Notes: generated by a model from the sequence alone, not told the origin. Shown: positions 43,590-56,828, numbered from the whole stretch's first letter. The stretch is DNA of 63,888 bases, filler included, from Octopus bimaculoides (GCF_001194135.2; 9 parts of 6 records of this genome joined end to end with filler, not necessarily neighbours in it); one strand, 5' to 3'. Translations and numbers: made by a program.

Positions 43590-46150
43590 TAGATAAGATA
43601 ACTGAGGTAGTTAGGGTGTGTGATAGAATAATTAAACTGAGACTAACCATAGGCAACACAATAGCAACATTTATTTTGTCATACACCCCAGAAGCAGGAC
43701 TACCAGAAAAACTGATGGACCACACCTCTGAGACACTTTTGCAGACTACCCCAACAATGGCTGACAGCAACCTCAAGATCATAGCTGATCTTGATGGCTT
43801 TTATGACAAGATGATGGCTTTTATGACATACTTATGATTACAGCTCAAGAAATGAGGTCAGTATAAGGCTTCTGGAATTCTGTGATGCAACTAATCTAAC
43901 AATTTAAAACACACACTTTAAGGAAAATGGTCAATACCCTCATCACTCACTCATCTGTTGAACACATAAGTTAGATTACATTCTCACCAGGAAACAGAAC
44001 AGAAGAGCTACTGTGAATTCCAAAACCTTGGTTTGTGACTTCAGAATCAAACCTAAGTAGACACAAAAACAGAAGACAGTACAGAAAAGGAAGGTACTGA
44101 AACTAAAAGACCCTGTAATCAGAAGTAGATCCAGAGAAATTCTGAGGCATATAACAGTAGGGAAGAAGATCCAGATACTGGTAGTATAGAAGACAATTTC
44201 TATGAAATAGCTACTTTGGGCTACAGATCAGACATGTGACTACTGTGTCACGGTAAAGAACTGATTTGCTGCATTACAAAATGGCTCAGAGTCAATAACC
44301 AACCTATACAAACACTTCAACACAGCTAACAGGGAAGTAAAATAACAAAAGATACCATCAAAGAAGTGCTGTTCAAAGAAAAGAGCATCAACTGAACCAA
44401 GAGTTATTACAGCCAGGAAGAATGTGCAAAGAGCATTTTAACTGCTTTCAAGAGAATCCTAATGAAGAATACATTAAGGAAGAGGAATTGAACTAACTGG
44501 CTGATTGATCTAGTCATGACAGCAGATGCAAATTCTGCAGGAAATTGATTAATGAGATAAGCAGAAAGAAAGCAGCAAAGTTGGGTATCATCCATAGAAA
44601 CAGCAGGGAGAATCATGTCTAAAAGTGGTATCAAAACTTCATTCAATTGCTTGGAAAGTCTCTCTTCGTAAGCAATGAAGATGTATAGATCCAACCAGTT
44701 TTCAACAATCTTACATATAAAACCAGATTCTTTGATGTGGAAGAACTTCAGAGTACCAAGAATAGATTGAAAGAGGGAAAAGCTGCTGGCCCCAATGGAA
44801 TTCCCCTTCAAGTTATCAAGAGGTTCAATCTGAATGAAATGATACTGGATTTTGCAAATAAGCTCTTGCAGAACCAGAAAAGTCCGGATCAGTGATCCAA
44901 GATTGACTTGATACCAATCCCAAAAGTCAAAAAAACCTCAGCAATGAAACTAATGACAGAAGAATTGCACTGTCCAATATTCCACTCAAAGACATCAACC
45001 AAATGAGCCTCAACAGGATTCCTCTGGTACTTGATAGTCATCTGAGACCAAATCAAAATGGATTTAGACCAGGGAGATCCACAACATCTCAGATCTTAGC
45101 CCTGAAATGTATCATAGGAGTTAAATCAAGACAGCTACCTGCCATTATAACCTTCATGGACTTCAGCAAAGCATCTGACAGCATCCATCATTACAAAATG
45201 TTGAAGATCCTTTGAACACATGGCATTCCAAAAGAACTAGTTCTTGCCATTGACCTACAAGAAGACCAGAGCTCGTGTGTTGTCATCTGGCAGAGAAACA
45301 GAATTCTTTCAAATACTACCTGGAGTGCTCCAAGGAGATACCCTTGCATCTTACCTGATTGTAATTGCATTGAATTATGCAATGTGGCAGGCTACAGACA
45401 ACAGTGACGAAGACCTTGGTTTCAACATAGACCAGCAAAAATCGCAGAGAGTACCAGTAGTAACCATCATAGACTGGACTTCACAGATGATATAACACTC
45501 ATATCTAATGAAACAGAGCAAGCACAACAGCTGCTCAGCAGAGTAGAAACATCAGCTGCTAAAATTGGACTGCACACAAATGTCAAGAAGACTGAATACA
45601 TGTCTTTCAACCAATTAAGCGATGCTGAACTGAGTAGTTCCAAATTGAATGTTGCTCTGAAGACTTCAAGTACTTAGGTAGTTGGGTGAGCAGTTCAGAA
45701 GCAAACATCAAGATCAGGAAGATACAAGCATGGATAGCCTGTCGCAAACTAAAGAAAGTCTGGAACTTCAAATTTCCCAGGCAAATCAAAATCAAGCTGT
45801 TCATTGCAACTGTCAAATCAGAACTATTATATAGCAGTGAAACATGGACACTGATAAAGAAATTATCAAACAGGCTAAATGGATGATTCACAAGAATGCT
45901 ATGCATGGCTCTAAATGTGAAATGATGACAACATATGACAAATGAATGCCTTTATAGAGACCTGCTGAAAGATCAGGTAAAGACAGCTGCAACTATCTGG
46001 TTACTGCATGTGCAACTTTGAAATAGGGACATCTAAATTAGTCTTGTGAAACCTACTTCATGATGATGTAAAAAGAGGAAAACATTGTCACCCTTACATC
46101 AACAACTTGATTGCAGACACTCAAGACAGTGATGATGGACCAAGAAGTGT
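43590..46150 (+). mobile_element. Decayed RTE-clade LINE (AP endonuclease remnants and RT)
   Basis: LDYIL, GKAAGPNGIP, LRPNQNGFRPGRSTTSQILAL, FMDFSKASDSI, GVLQGDTLASYL, DFKYLGSW and KSELLYSSETWTL; many stops and frameshifts. Confidence 0.88.
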
Positions 46151-46439
46151 GGTGAGTGGACTTTGTTGCTGCAACCCAGGTTGGAACCCAGCCATACTAA
46201 TAATAATGTGACTAGAGCAAAATCCCAGTCAAACTAAAGAAACATGGTAGTGCAATGATAAGGCTGAGACAGTTAAGGCTAAGAGACAGGCTTGGAAAAC
46301 TTAGAAGGAAGGTTGTAGTAAAGAACTTTACCTAATGACTTGAAGGGCATCTAGGCAACAGGTGTACTTGGCTAAAGGTGTAGTAGATAGGAAAAGGTTA
46401 ACATGTGTCCTGCAACATGATCACAAGTGTAAAGTGTTT

Positions 46440-47370
46440 CAGAATTTTGAGACCTGGTTATGAAGATCATGCAGAGAATCAATGCCTAATTGATCCATGA
46501 TAGAATAAACCTAGATGAGATGCAGTTTGGTTTTGTCCCCAGGAGGTGCACTGCAGATGCAATCTTCTCAGGGAGGCAAATGCAGGAGAAATACTTGGCT
46601 AAGACTAAACCACCATACTTGGTTTTCATTGATTTGAAGAAAGCTTTGACAGGGATTTTGAAGAAAGCTTTTGACAGGTTTTCATTGATTTGAAGAAAGC
46701 TTTTGACAGGGTACAATGTTCAGTAATTTGGTGGTCACTGAAGAAACTAAGCGTAGATGACGGACTTGTGAAGGTTGTACAAACTATATACAAAGATGCA
46801 GTAAGTAAAGCAAGAGTCAGCAATAATTTCAGTGGCGAATTTAGCATGAAGGTAGGAGTCCATCAAGGTAGGAGTCCATCAAGGTAGGAGCCCTTCAACT
46901 CTCTCCTGTTCATCATAGTCCTACGGGCTATCACAGAGGAGTTTAAGACTAGCTATCCTTTGAAACTCCTATATTTCATTCTCATAGCTGAATCTGTAGC
47001 GGAATAAGAGAGAAAATTCCAGGTATAGAAACATTCCTAGAATTGAGAGGTCTGAAGGTAAACCTAGCAACGACGAAAGTTTAGTAAGTAGGAAAGGAAG
47101 TTGGTACCTTCATGGAAATAGCCTTGTTTGATATGCAAAAAAGGAGATATAAACTCCATATACTGTACTCAATGTGAGCTATGGATACAATGTGAGAGAT
47201 GTGAAATTACACACAGACTATCTGAGAATGTGATTGATGTACTGGAGTAGTATGTAGAAGCACCCAGTTTTTCTTAATAGTTTTTCTTAAATACCTGAAT
47301 GGCTCACTTGAAGTAGTTGATAGCTTTTGTTACTTGGGAGATGTAATTAACAAAAGGAGGTGGTGAACAG
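46440..47370 (+). mobile_element. Decayed RTE-like LINE RT fragment of a second family
   Basis: LDEMQFGFVPRRCTADAIF...QEKYL...FIDLKKAFDRV...KVGVHQG, and SFCYLGDVI near 47325. Confidence 0.85.
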
Positions 47371-47492
47371 TGGTCTCAAGACCTAGAACCTTATGGAGGA
47401 GATAACAAAGGACTGAGGTGGCTGGCAATATGCAGTTCTCGAAAAGACCCACTTGTGTCAGCATAATTCAGTTCCAGCAAAGCTGTGAGAGA

Positions 47493-47543
<51 letters not shown>

Positions 47544-47874
47544 NNNNNNNNNNNNNNNNNNNNNNNNNNNNNNNNNNNNNNNNNNNNTTAATTAATTAAN
47601 NNNNNNNNNNNNNNNNNNNNNNNNNNNNNNNNNNNNNNNNNNNTATATATATATATATAAATATATATATACACAATATGTCACATTATATGTCTACTAT
47701 ATATATATGTATTGTTATTATTGTTGTTGTTGTCATCATCATCGTCATCATCACTGTTATTGCTACTAGAACATTCATAACTCGTGTAAAATGAACTTCC
47801 GCATAAACCCTTCCAAAATATATAGAAATGACACACACACACTCAGCAAAACTTCCTTTTTAAAAAACACTTAC

Positions 47875-47932
47875 AGCTTTCTAAATACGGCAAATAGCGC
47901 TGATGCCACAAACCGCGTATGTTGTGGAATGC
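47875..47932 (-). CDS. Exon of the same unidentified gene (AFHNIRGLWHQRYLPYLES)
   Basis: tatttatacacag acceptor and T|gtaagt donor; 58 nt, phase 0-1. Joins the 42398-42542 exon in frame (T+CA=Ser). Confidence 0.6.
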
Positions 47933-48310
47933 CTGTGTATAAATACTTGTATATGTACACATGTGAGTAAGGGAATATCCGAGTAAGGTTATGCAAATGA
48001 ACCCACACACATATATATGCATTGGAGTGTCTATAGCTATTTATAATGTTTGTAGGCTCTTTGTGTGCCTTGTATTTTAAAGTTTTTTTAAAATATATTT
48101 TTACATTTCCCATATGCTATATTTTCATTTTTCACTTATGTATTTTTTATTATTATTATTATTTATTTCCTGCTGTACCCTTGTTTTTATTTTTATTTTG
48201 ATTTTAATTTAATTTTTATTTTTATCTTATTTTTGCTATTGTTTTTGTTCTTGTCTCTACTTCACCTCTGTTTTTACCTCTTGCTCTATATTTGTATGAA
48301 ACCCTTTGTG

Positions 48311-48439
48311 AATCTCTGAAGAGGCCTAGCGGTTCGGGCATGTAACCCCATTTCAATATTTCATCCGATAATCACTCCGGCAAGAACTATTCGGATAGAA
48401 TGGGGTATGCCAAAGCTGGGCCGAAACAGCTGTAAGATT
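48311..48439 (+). ncRNA. Type I hammerhead ribozyme (Penelope/retrozyme type) with extended stem II
   Basis: Stem I AATCT(48311-15):AGATT(48435-39); core CTGAAGA(48316-22); stem II GGCCTAGC(48323-30):GCTGGGCC(48415-22); GAAA(48423-26); palindromic stem III ACAGCTGT(48426-33); cleavage triplet GTA with the cut after 48434. Confidence 0.85.
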
Positions 48440-48777
48440 AAACTTCTGCTCATTCTCTAATTCCTTATGTACTTTGTACTTCTATCTGTAAACCCGGTTG
48501 GCAAAATAACATGGTTTGTCATAAACACCTATACTTTGGTTTTTTTCTTTTTTTGTCACTTTAGCTATGAATTAAATTAATGAATTCAACGGGATACACT
48601 GTCTGCAAGTAGTTGGGTTCAGCATATTATCCTCCATTTTCTAATTGATATACAAATTTGGGGTACCCCCCTTTTACCTGCTCCCATTTATTGCACTTAG
48701 TATAACACTAGTGTAGCAATATATTGGATAGATACTATCCCTTAGTGGGTTGAACCCTCAACCCCTAACTCTCTCGC

Positions 48778-48808
<31 letters not shown>

Positions 48809-49912
48809 NNNNNNNNNNNNNNNNNNNNNNNNNNNNNNNNNNNNNNNNNNNNNNNNNNNNNNNNNNNNNNNNNNNNNNNNNNNNNNNNNNNNNNNNNNNN
48901 NNNNNNNNNNNNNNNNNNNNNNNNNNNNNNNNNNNNNNNNNNNNNNNNNNNNNNNNNNNNNNNNNNNNNNNNNNNNNNNNNNNNNNNNNNNNNNNNNNNN
49001 NNNNNNNNNNNNNNNNNNNNNNNNNNNNNNNNNNNNNNNNNNNNNNNNNNNNNNNNNNNNNNNNNNNNNNNNNNNNNNNNNNNNNNNNNNNNNNNNNNNN
49101 NNNNNNNNNNNNNNNNNNNNNNNNNNNNNNNNNNNNNNNNNNNNNNNNNNNNNNNNNNNNNNNNNNNNNNNNNNNNNNNNNNNNNNNNNNNNNNNNNNNN
49201 NNNNNNNNNNNNNNNNNNNNNNNNNNNNNNNNNNNNNNNNNNNNNNNNNNNNNNNNNNNNNNNNNNNNNNNNNNNNNNNNNNNNNNNNNNNNNNNNNNNN
49301 NNNNNNNNNNNNNNNNNNNNNNNNNNNNNNNNNNNNNNNNNATAGTAGAAGACGCCCAAGATGGCACGTAGTAGGAATAGTAGGAGAGTATCACAGCCAT
49401 GTGTTGAGAGGCTGTCTTTAGGGTTTGAATAAATGTAACAAAAGTAAAGTTTGAAGCAAATAAAAAATAGCAGTTGCTACCCAAGGACAGTGTAGTTGGC
49501 AGTGGGACACTCTGCAAGGTGTTTACATGGAGATAATTGTTGGAGACTGACCACTCTCATCCAGGATCTCGATAAAAACTCATCCAGGCATTGTTATGTT
49601 CTCGAGTTCGGTTTCAGTGTACTACACCTTGGGCAAGTGTTTTCTAATATATCCCCGTACTAACCAATTCCTTGCGAGGGAGTTTGGTTGACGGAACTGT
49701 GTGGAAGTTCGTCGTATATGTTTTTTTTTATCTTTTACTTGTTCATTCATTTGATTGTGACCATGCTGGGGCACCGCCTCAGCTGGTTTAGTCGAAGGAA
49801 TCGACTATAGTACTTACTTTTTTAAAGCCTAATATATTTCTATCGCTATCTTTGGCCGAACCGCAAAGTTATGGGGACGTAAACAAACCAGCATCAATAG
49901 GGACAAGCAGAA

Positions 49913-49958
<46 letters not shown>

Positions 49959-50062
49959 TCACACTTATATGGTTTGCCCGGGGCTATATAGTAGTAGCAA
50001 ACACCTAAAATGGCACGTAGTAAGACTGAACCCAAAATGTATAACACACACACACACACATA

Positions 50063-50123
<61 letters not shown>

Positions 50124-52027
50124 NNNNNNNNNNNNNNNNNNNNNNNNNNNNNNNNNNNNNNNNNNNNNNNNNNNNNNNNNNNNNNNNNNNNNNNNNNNNN
50201 NNNNNNNNNNNNNNNNNNNNNNNNNNNNNNNNNNNNNNNNNNNNNNNNNNNNNNNNNNNNNNNNNNNNNNNNNNNNNNNNNNNNNNNNNNNNNNNNNNNN
50301 NNNNNNNNNNNNNNNNNNNNNNNNNNNNNNNNNNNNNNNNNNNNNNNNNNNNNNNNNNNNNNNNNNNNNNNNNNNNNNNNNNNNNNNNNNNNNNNNNNNN
50401 NNNNNNNNNNNNNNNNNNNNNNNNNNNNNNNNNNNNNNNNNNNNNNNNNNNNNNNNNNNNNNNNNNNNNNNNNNNNNNNNNNNNNNNNNNNNNNNNNNNN
50501 NNNNNNNNNNNNNNNNNNNNNNNNNNNNNNNNNNNNNNNNNNNNNNNNNNNNNNNNNNNNNNNNNNNNNNNNNNNNNNNNNNNNNNNNNNNNNNNNNNNN
50601 NNNNNNNNNNNNNNNNNNNNNNNNNNNNNNNNNNNNNNNNNNNNNNNNNNNNNNNNNNNNNNNNNNNNNNNNNNNNNNNNNNNNNNNNNNNNNNNNNNNN
50701 NNNNNNNNNNNNNNNNNGTAATCAACGTGAAAAAAACCTCATAATGAAAAAATAACGAAAAATTTCGTTACTTCACAGTTTTTCTGTATTTGATTGAGAA
50801 ACCAGTGGTCTACCGTTGAGTTAAATGTTTTTAAGAGATAAATTTTGAAAGCTGCATTCCCTCGCTTTCAGTAAATATGTTGCTTATTTTTTGGTAGTTT
50901 TTGACTTATTTAGTCCCTCGAAGCGTGAGGCATTACTACACAGTTAATGCCCTTTATATATAATTAATTATATATATATATATATATAACATAGTGTTTA
51001 GTTTGATGAAACCACTTTTGAGCTACTTAACGCCGTCAGTTTCTTTTTTCAGGTGTAAGATTTGGAGGCAGATGTAACTAATTTGCTTGTTTATTCAATT
51101 TGTTAATTGTCCATTGAGATGCTGTTAACTCTCATGCTGTGATCACCTAATATTTTTGTTTTTGTTATTTCTTTCCTAATTCTGTACTTCTGTTAATGCA
51201 TTGGCATATTTCCTGTATGTGTGGCTACTGTCATTTAATTTTTCGCGCTTCCTCGTGTTTGGTATACTCTTATCTGCTTTCCATTACGCTTAACTACTAT
51301 TTATTATTCGTAATGGACTATTTTACGTTTATGGTGACAAATATTTCGCTCTACCCTCTTAGTATTTTGATAGAGATAAAAACTTACTCTAAGTATGCGC
51401 ACATGAGTCTCTCTCTCCCTCTTCACTCACTCACTCACTCACTCACTCACTCACTTTGTCTGCCTGCCCACCCGCCTGCCTGTTTGCGCGCGCGCGTGAA
51501 AGAGGGAGAGAGAGAGAGAGAGAGTGTGTGCGCGCGCGCACATGAGTATGTGTGGGCTAGTTAGTAATTTATGTTAATCCTTTTACGTTTTTCAGAATTC
51601 CGGATGGCGAAGTTGATTTAGCTCGTACGAAATGACTATCGCTAATTAGTCGAGTCTTTTTACGTTTGGGGTTCGTCTCACTGGTTTTGAATTAGTCATC
51701 CTTTCTTCTGAATGGTTCATAAAATAAAGTACTGGTCAAATACTGAGGTTGATATATAATCGACAGTCCTTCTTCTCCTAAACTTGTATCCTTGTGTCTC
51801 TCTGAGAAATAGGTGAGGTGGTAGAATCACTAGAACGTTGCGATGCGGGACAAAATGCTTCGCGGCATTTCTTCCGATTTTACATTCTGAGTTCAAATTT
51901 CGCCGAGGTCGAGTTTGCCTTTCATCCTTTCGCGATCGATAAAATAAATACTCGTGTAACACTGGGGTCGATGTAATCGACTATTCCCCTCCCCCAAATT
52001 TCAGGCTTTGTGCCTATAGTAGAAAGG

Positions 52028-52098
<71 letters not shown>

Positions 52099-52838
52099 GA
52101 CGGGGCCAGCTGGCAGAATCGTTAGCACGCCGGGCGAAATGCTTAGCGGTATTTCGTCTGCTACTNNNNNNNNNNNNNNNNNNNNNNNNNNNNNNNNNNN
52201 NNNNNNNNNNNNNNNNNNNNNNNNNNNNNNNNNNNNNNNNNNNNNNNNNNNNNNNNNNNNNNNNNNNNNNNNNNNNNNNNNNNNNNNNNNNNNNNNNNNN
52301 NNNNNNNNNNNNNNNNNNNNNNNNNNNNNNNNNNNNNNNNNNNNNNNNNNNNNNNNNNNNNNNNNNNNNNNNNNNNNNNNNNNNNNNNNNNNNNNNNNNN
52401 NNNNNNNNNNNNNNNNNNNNNNNNNNNNNNNNNNNNNNNNNNNNNNNNNNNNNNNNNNNNNNNNNNNNNNNNNNNNNNNNNNNNNNNNNNNNNNNNNNNN
52501 NNNNNNNNNNNNNNNNNNNNNNNNNNNNNNNNNNNNNNNNNNNNNNNNNNNNNNNNNNNNNNNNNNNNNNNNNNNNNNNNNNNNNNNNNNNNNNNNNNNN
52601 NNNNNNNNNNNNNNNNNNNNNNNNNNNNNNNNNNNNNNNNNNNNNNNNNNNNNNNNNNNNNNNNNNNNNNNNNNNNNNNNNNNNNNNNNNNNNNNNNNNN
52701 NNNNNNNNNNNNNNNNNNNNNNNNNNNNNNNNNNNNNNNNNNNNNNNNNNNNNNNNNNNNNNNNNNNNNNNNNNNNNNNNNNNNNNNNNNNNNNNNNNNN
52801 NNNNNNNNNNNNNNNNNNNNNNNNNNNNNNNNNNNNNN

Positions 52839-53002
52839 CTTGCTTACCAACCACATGGTTCCTGGTTCAGTCCCACTGCGTGGCACTTTGGGCAAGTGTC
52901 TTCTACTATAGCCTCGGGCCGACCAAAGCCTTGTGAGTGGATTTGGTAGACGGAAACTGAAAGAATCCCGTCGTAGATATGTATATGTATATATATACGA
53001 CA

Positions 53003-53037
<35 letters not shown>

Positions 53038-53260
53038 GATGTGTGTGTATGTTTGTGTGTCTGTATTTGTCCCCCTAGCATTGCTTGACAACCGATGCTG
53101 GTGTATTTATGTCCCCGTCACTTAGCGGTTCGACAAAAAGAGACCGATAGAATAAGTACTAGGCTTACAAAGAATAAGTCCCGGGGTCGATTTGCTCGAC
53201 TAAAGGCGGTGCTCCAACATGGCCACAGTCAAATGACTGAAACAAGTAAAAGAGTAAAAT
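52839..53260 (+). mobile_element. tRNA/CORE-like SINE with internal microsatellite (family also at 61610-62003 +, 34485-34886 -, partial at about 3200, 9296, 29870, 49600, 57845)
   Basis: GGTTCAGTCCC B box, GTGGCACTTTGGGCAAGTGTCTTC core, internal (TA)n/(CA)n, constant 3' end GTCAAATGACTGAAACAAGTAAAAGAG. Confidence 0.8.
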
Positions 53261-53524
53261 AGTAGAATAATAAAGAAATCATCATCATCATCATAATCAT
53301 ATTAATTTGACACTGACTTCTCACGCATTCTAATACTCAAGGGGAAACCATAAGCATGATAGATAATCATTTCCTCTTCTGTAGACAAAGTTCTCATGCG
53401 TATTAAAGAAGACCGTGTCAAAAGAAGTAGCAGCGAATGACACACAAGATAATGTAGTATTAAATGCACCCAAAACAAGATGGTCAAGTCTAGAGGGCTT
53501 TTTACCATAGATTATCATCATCAC

Positions 53525-53553
53525 CTTTAAATATTTTGGTAGTTTGTTCGATT
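53525..53553 (-). CDS. Candidate small exon of the unidentified gene (ESNKLPKYLK)
   Basis: aacttag acceptor (weak pyrimidine tract) and AAG|gtgatg donor; 29 nt, phase 1-0. Bridges the neighbouring candidates in frame. Confidence 0.4.
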
Positions 53554-54386
53554 CTAAGTTAATAATTTTACTTAGCATAAATACTAGAGTTATGCTGTTT
53601 TTGTCTCTTGTCGAGAGCATTGCTCCCAACCCTTCCAGTTCACACAAATTTTAGACGCCATGAAAATGTGAAACCGGTGATTTATGTAAATAAATATTTG
53701 ATAGACTTCTGGTGCATTTTCAACCTTTTTTTCTGTTTATACACTTCTAATTGTGTGATGAAATACTTATTTTCTTTTTCTCTCACTTTTTTTCTGTCTG
53801 TATAAGCATATAGATGTGGGTGTAAATATATATATATATATCTTAAGATTCTATGCGTAATATGATATACACCAAATGCAAAATTAGGCTAGCGTTTAAT
53901 ACATGATATCTTACTGCAAAGTTTTTTCACTTTCCCTTTTATTATATAAAAATAAACTCAAATAGTCACAATAATGAAAAACTAGTTTTAATGTCTAATA
54001 ACTATTTCAGGCAGTGAGCTGGCAGAATCGTTAGCACGCCAGGCAAAATGCTTAGTGGCATTTCGTCCGTCTTTACGTTCTGAGTTCAAATTCCGACGAT
54101 GCTGACTTTGCCTTTCATCCCTTTCAGAATCGATAAAATAATTAGCAGTTGAGCACTGGGGCCTATGTAAGAGACTTAATTGCTGGCCTTGTGCCAAAAT
54201 TTGAAACCAATATCTATTAACAATAAGGTGGTGAGCTGGCATCATCATTATCGCGTGAGTACGAATGCTTGTATATAAATAAATAAATATATATATAGTT
54301 CAAGTTTACAGAAAACAAAAGACGAAGAAAGGTGAAGGAACAATAAACAGGTGTATTGGCTTAACGCTCAGGAAGAACGGAAAAGT

Positions 54387-54422
54387 CTTTGACGTTTCGA
54401 GCCGACGCTCTTCGACAGAAAA
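54387..54422 (-). ncRNA. Minimal hammerhead-like motif, variant core (TTTT-CTGTCGAA-GAGC gtcg GCTC-GAAACGTC-AAAG)
   Basis: Stems I and II and GAAACGTC are present, but the core deviates from CTGANGA (A6 replaced, extra A). Confidence 0.45.
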
Positions 54423-54521
54423 GTTTGAGAGAAGTGAAAACGTAAAAAAGTAAACACACACACACACACACACGCACGCACGCACACGCACACACGCACA
54501 TGCGCGCGCACACACGCACGC

Positions 54522-54566
<45 letters not shown>

Positions 54567-54844
54567 CACACACGCGGCGAGCTGGCAGAAACGTTAGCAC
54601 GCCGGGCGAAATGCTTAGCGNNNNNNNNNNNNNNNNNNNNNNNNNNNNNNNNNNNNNNNNNNNNNNNNNNNNNNNNNNNNNNNNNNNNNNNNNNNNNNNN
54701 NNNNNNNNNNNNNNNNNNNNNNNNNNNNNNNNNNNNNNNNNNNNNNNNNNNNNNNNNNNNNNNNNNNNNNNNNNNNNNNNNNNNNNNNNNNNNNNNNNNN
54801 NNNNNNNNNNNNNNNNNNNNNNNNNNNNNNNNNNNNNNNNNNNN

Positions 54845-54903
<59 letters not shown>

Positions 54904-55199
54904 ACACACACACATCTTTGTTTATAGTGACTGCGCTGCCTTGTACTCATTCTGAAGTCTGGTACTTATGCTATCGATCTCTTTTGCCGAAACTCTAGCT
55001 TACGGCGACGTAAACAAGCCAACAACGAGGTCAAGTGGTTGTGTGGCGGACAAATATAAACTCATACGCATACATACATAGATACATAGATACAAACATG
55101 CATATATAATACATACATACATACATACATACATACATACATGCATGAATGCATACATACATTCATGGTGGTTGTTGATTCCTTGTGCAGAGTTTGACC

Positions 55200-55530
55200 A
55201 TCTCCTGTACCTACACCGTAGAACCATCATTGTATCTGATGTGGCTTTCAAACCAGACAATGTTTAGAAAAGACACCCAAATAGATTGCATATCCGATTT
55301 GGGTCACCAAGAGCTGCAGTTAAGTTCTGATCTTTGTGGATTGTAAAATGTCTTTTGAGGCCTTTGTTAGATTTGCAGATCTTCTGGCATACATTGCATT
55401 GAAAGGTGTGCACAGACATATAAGCACTATAGTTGGTGGGGATTCGTTTTCCACGGGTTCGCAAATAAGATTTGAGCCCAGCAAAAGAAAGGCATGGTCT
55501 GTCAAAAACTGTACACACAAAGAAGTCATT
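55200..55530 (-). mobile_element. LINE 3' remnant with tandem C2H2 zinc-finger motifs
   Basis: RPCLSFAGLKSYLR, CNVCQKICKSNKGLKRHFTIH and ICNL..LF*TLSGLK; broken frames, no splice structure. Confidence 0.55.
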
Positions 55531-56793
55531 GTGATTCAGCTTCTCGATCATAGATACATGCGTACATACATACATACATACATACATACATACATACTCA
55601 TATTCTGTCCGCCAAATATATTTCCAAGATATTGGGTATGTGGGTGTATGGGTGTGAGGATGTGGAGGTAGGGGTGTGGACGTGTGGGGTGGGGATGTGG
55701 TGGGAGGGAGGTGGTATCAAGGAAGAGAGAAGGTGGGTAGGAGTGAAGAGAGGAAGTAGGTGTCACAAATATACAAATATATATATCTAACTGTCTGGAT
55801 GTTTTGCGTTCTTGTCCCATTTTTGTATTTTTTATATATAAAAATATAGCAGCGTACATACACTTTGATCTCTTACATGTAAATATATATATATCTAAAT
55901 TTTGTACAACTCTATTACTCTTTCTATTCTTTCATTCTTTCTTCTTTCTATCAGCCCTTTCACACTTACTTCATTCATTCTACTCTTCGTTCTTTCGTTC
56001 CCCCTCTCACACATTTCCTGGCCTTCTCTTCATGCTCACTTTCCCTTCTCTTTCACTTCACTGTATCCCTTTCATGTTTTTCTCGCCCTTCCTTAATTCT
56101 TCTATCCTTCTGCCTCTACTTCTCTCTCTTTTCTTCCCACGTGACCGTTGTTCAGCCAAGCTTGACCTTCTTTCTTGGTTCGACTAGCATCTGTGCTGAG
56201 TTCATATTTCTCCCTGTGCCTGTCAAATCTTATGTCCCTGCCGTAAGGCTTTACTTCCACACGCGCCAGTTTAATTTAATTCGTCCTTAGTCGAGAGACA
56301 CCTGTTGTTATGTCCTGTTATTTGCATTTGTATTTGTGTAACATTTCTCCGTTTGTTTCCGTCCTTGTTTTCGTATACATTCGCTGCTGGACAGATTGGA
56401 ACAATCTTGAGTACAAACAGCCGAAATTGCAAAGATAAACTGGAATTCGACTGAGGAAATAAAACTCCGAATGATCCGTCCNNNNNNNNNNNNNNNNNNN
56501 NNNNNNNNNNNNNNNNNNNNNNNNNTTAATTAATTAANNNNNNNNNNNNNNNNNNNNNNNNNNNNNNNNNNNNNNNNNNNNTAAATATATATACATACAC
56601 ACACACATATACATACATATACATATATGAACGTGTTAGTGATTTCTGCATACGTATTTGCATGCGTTTTTGTTTGCATACATATGAATGTGTAAGTGCA
56701 TACAATATCTGATTCTTCGAAAGCGCATTAGTATATATATATATATATATATATATATANNNNNNNNNNTCTACACAAACATATTAGTATATC

Positions 56794-56828
<35 letters not shown>

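Noticed and set aside
51053-53441. Three plus-strand acceptor-like sites (51053, 51596, 53385) with short open frames
   Set aside because: Each ends in a stop within 20 codons and they do not chain into one model.
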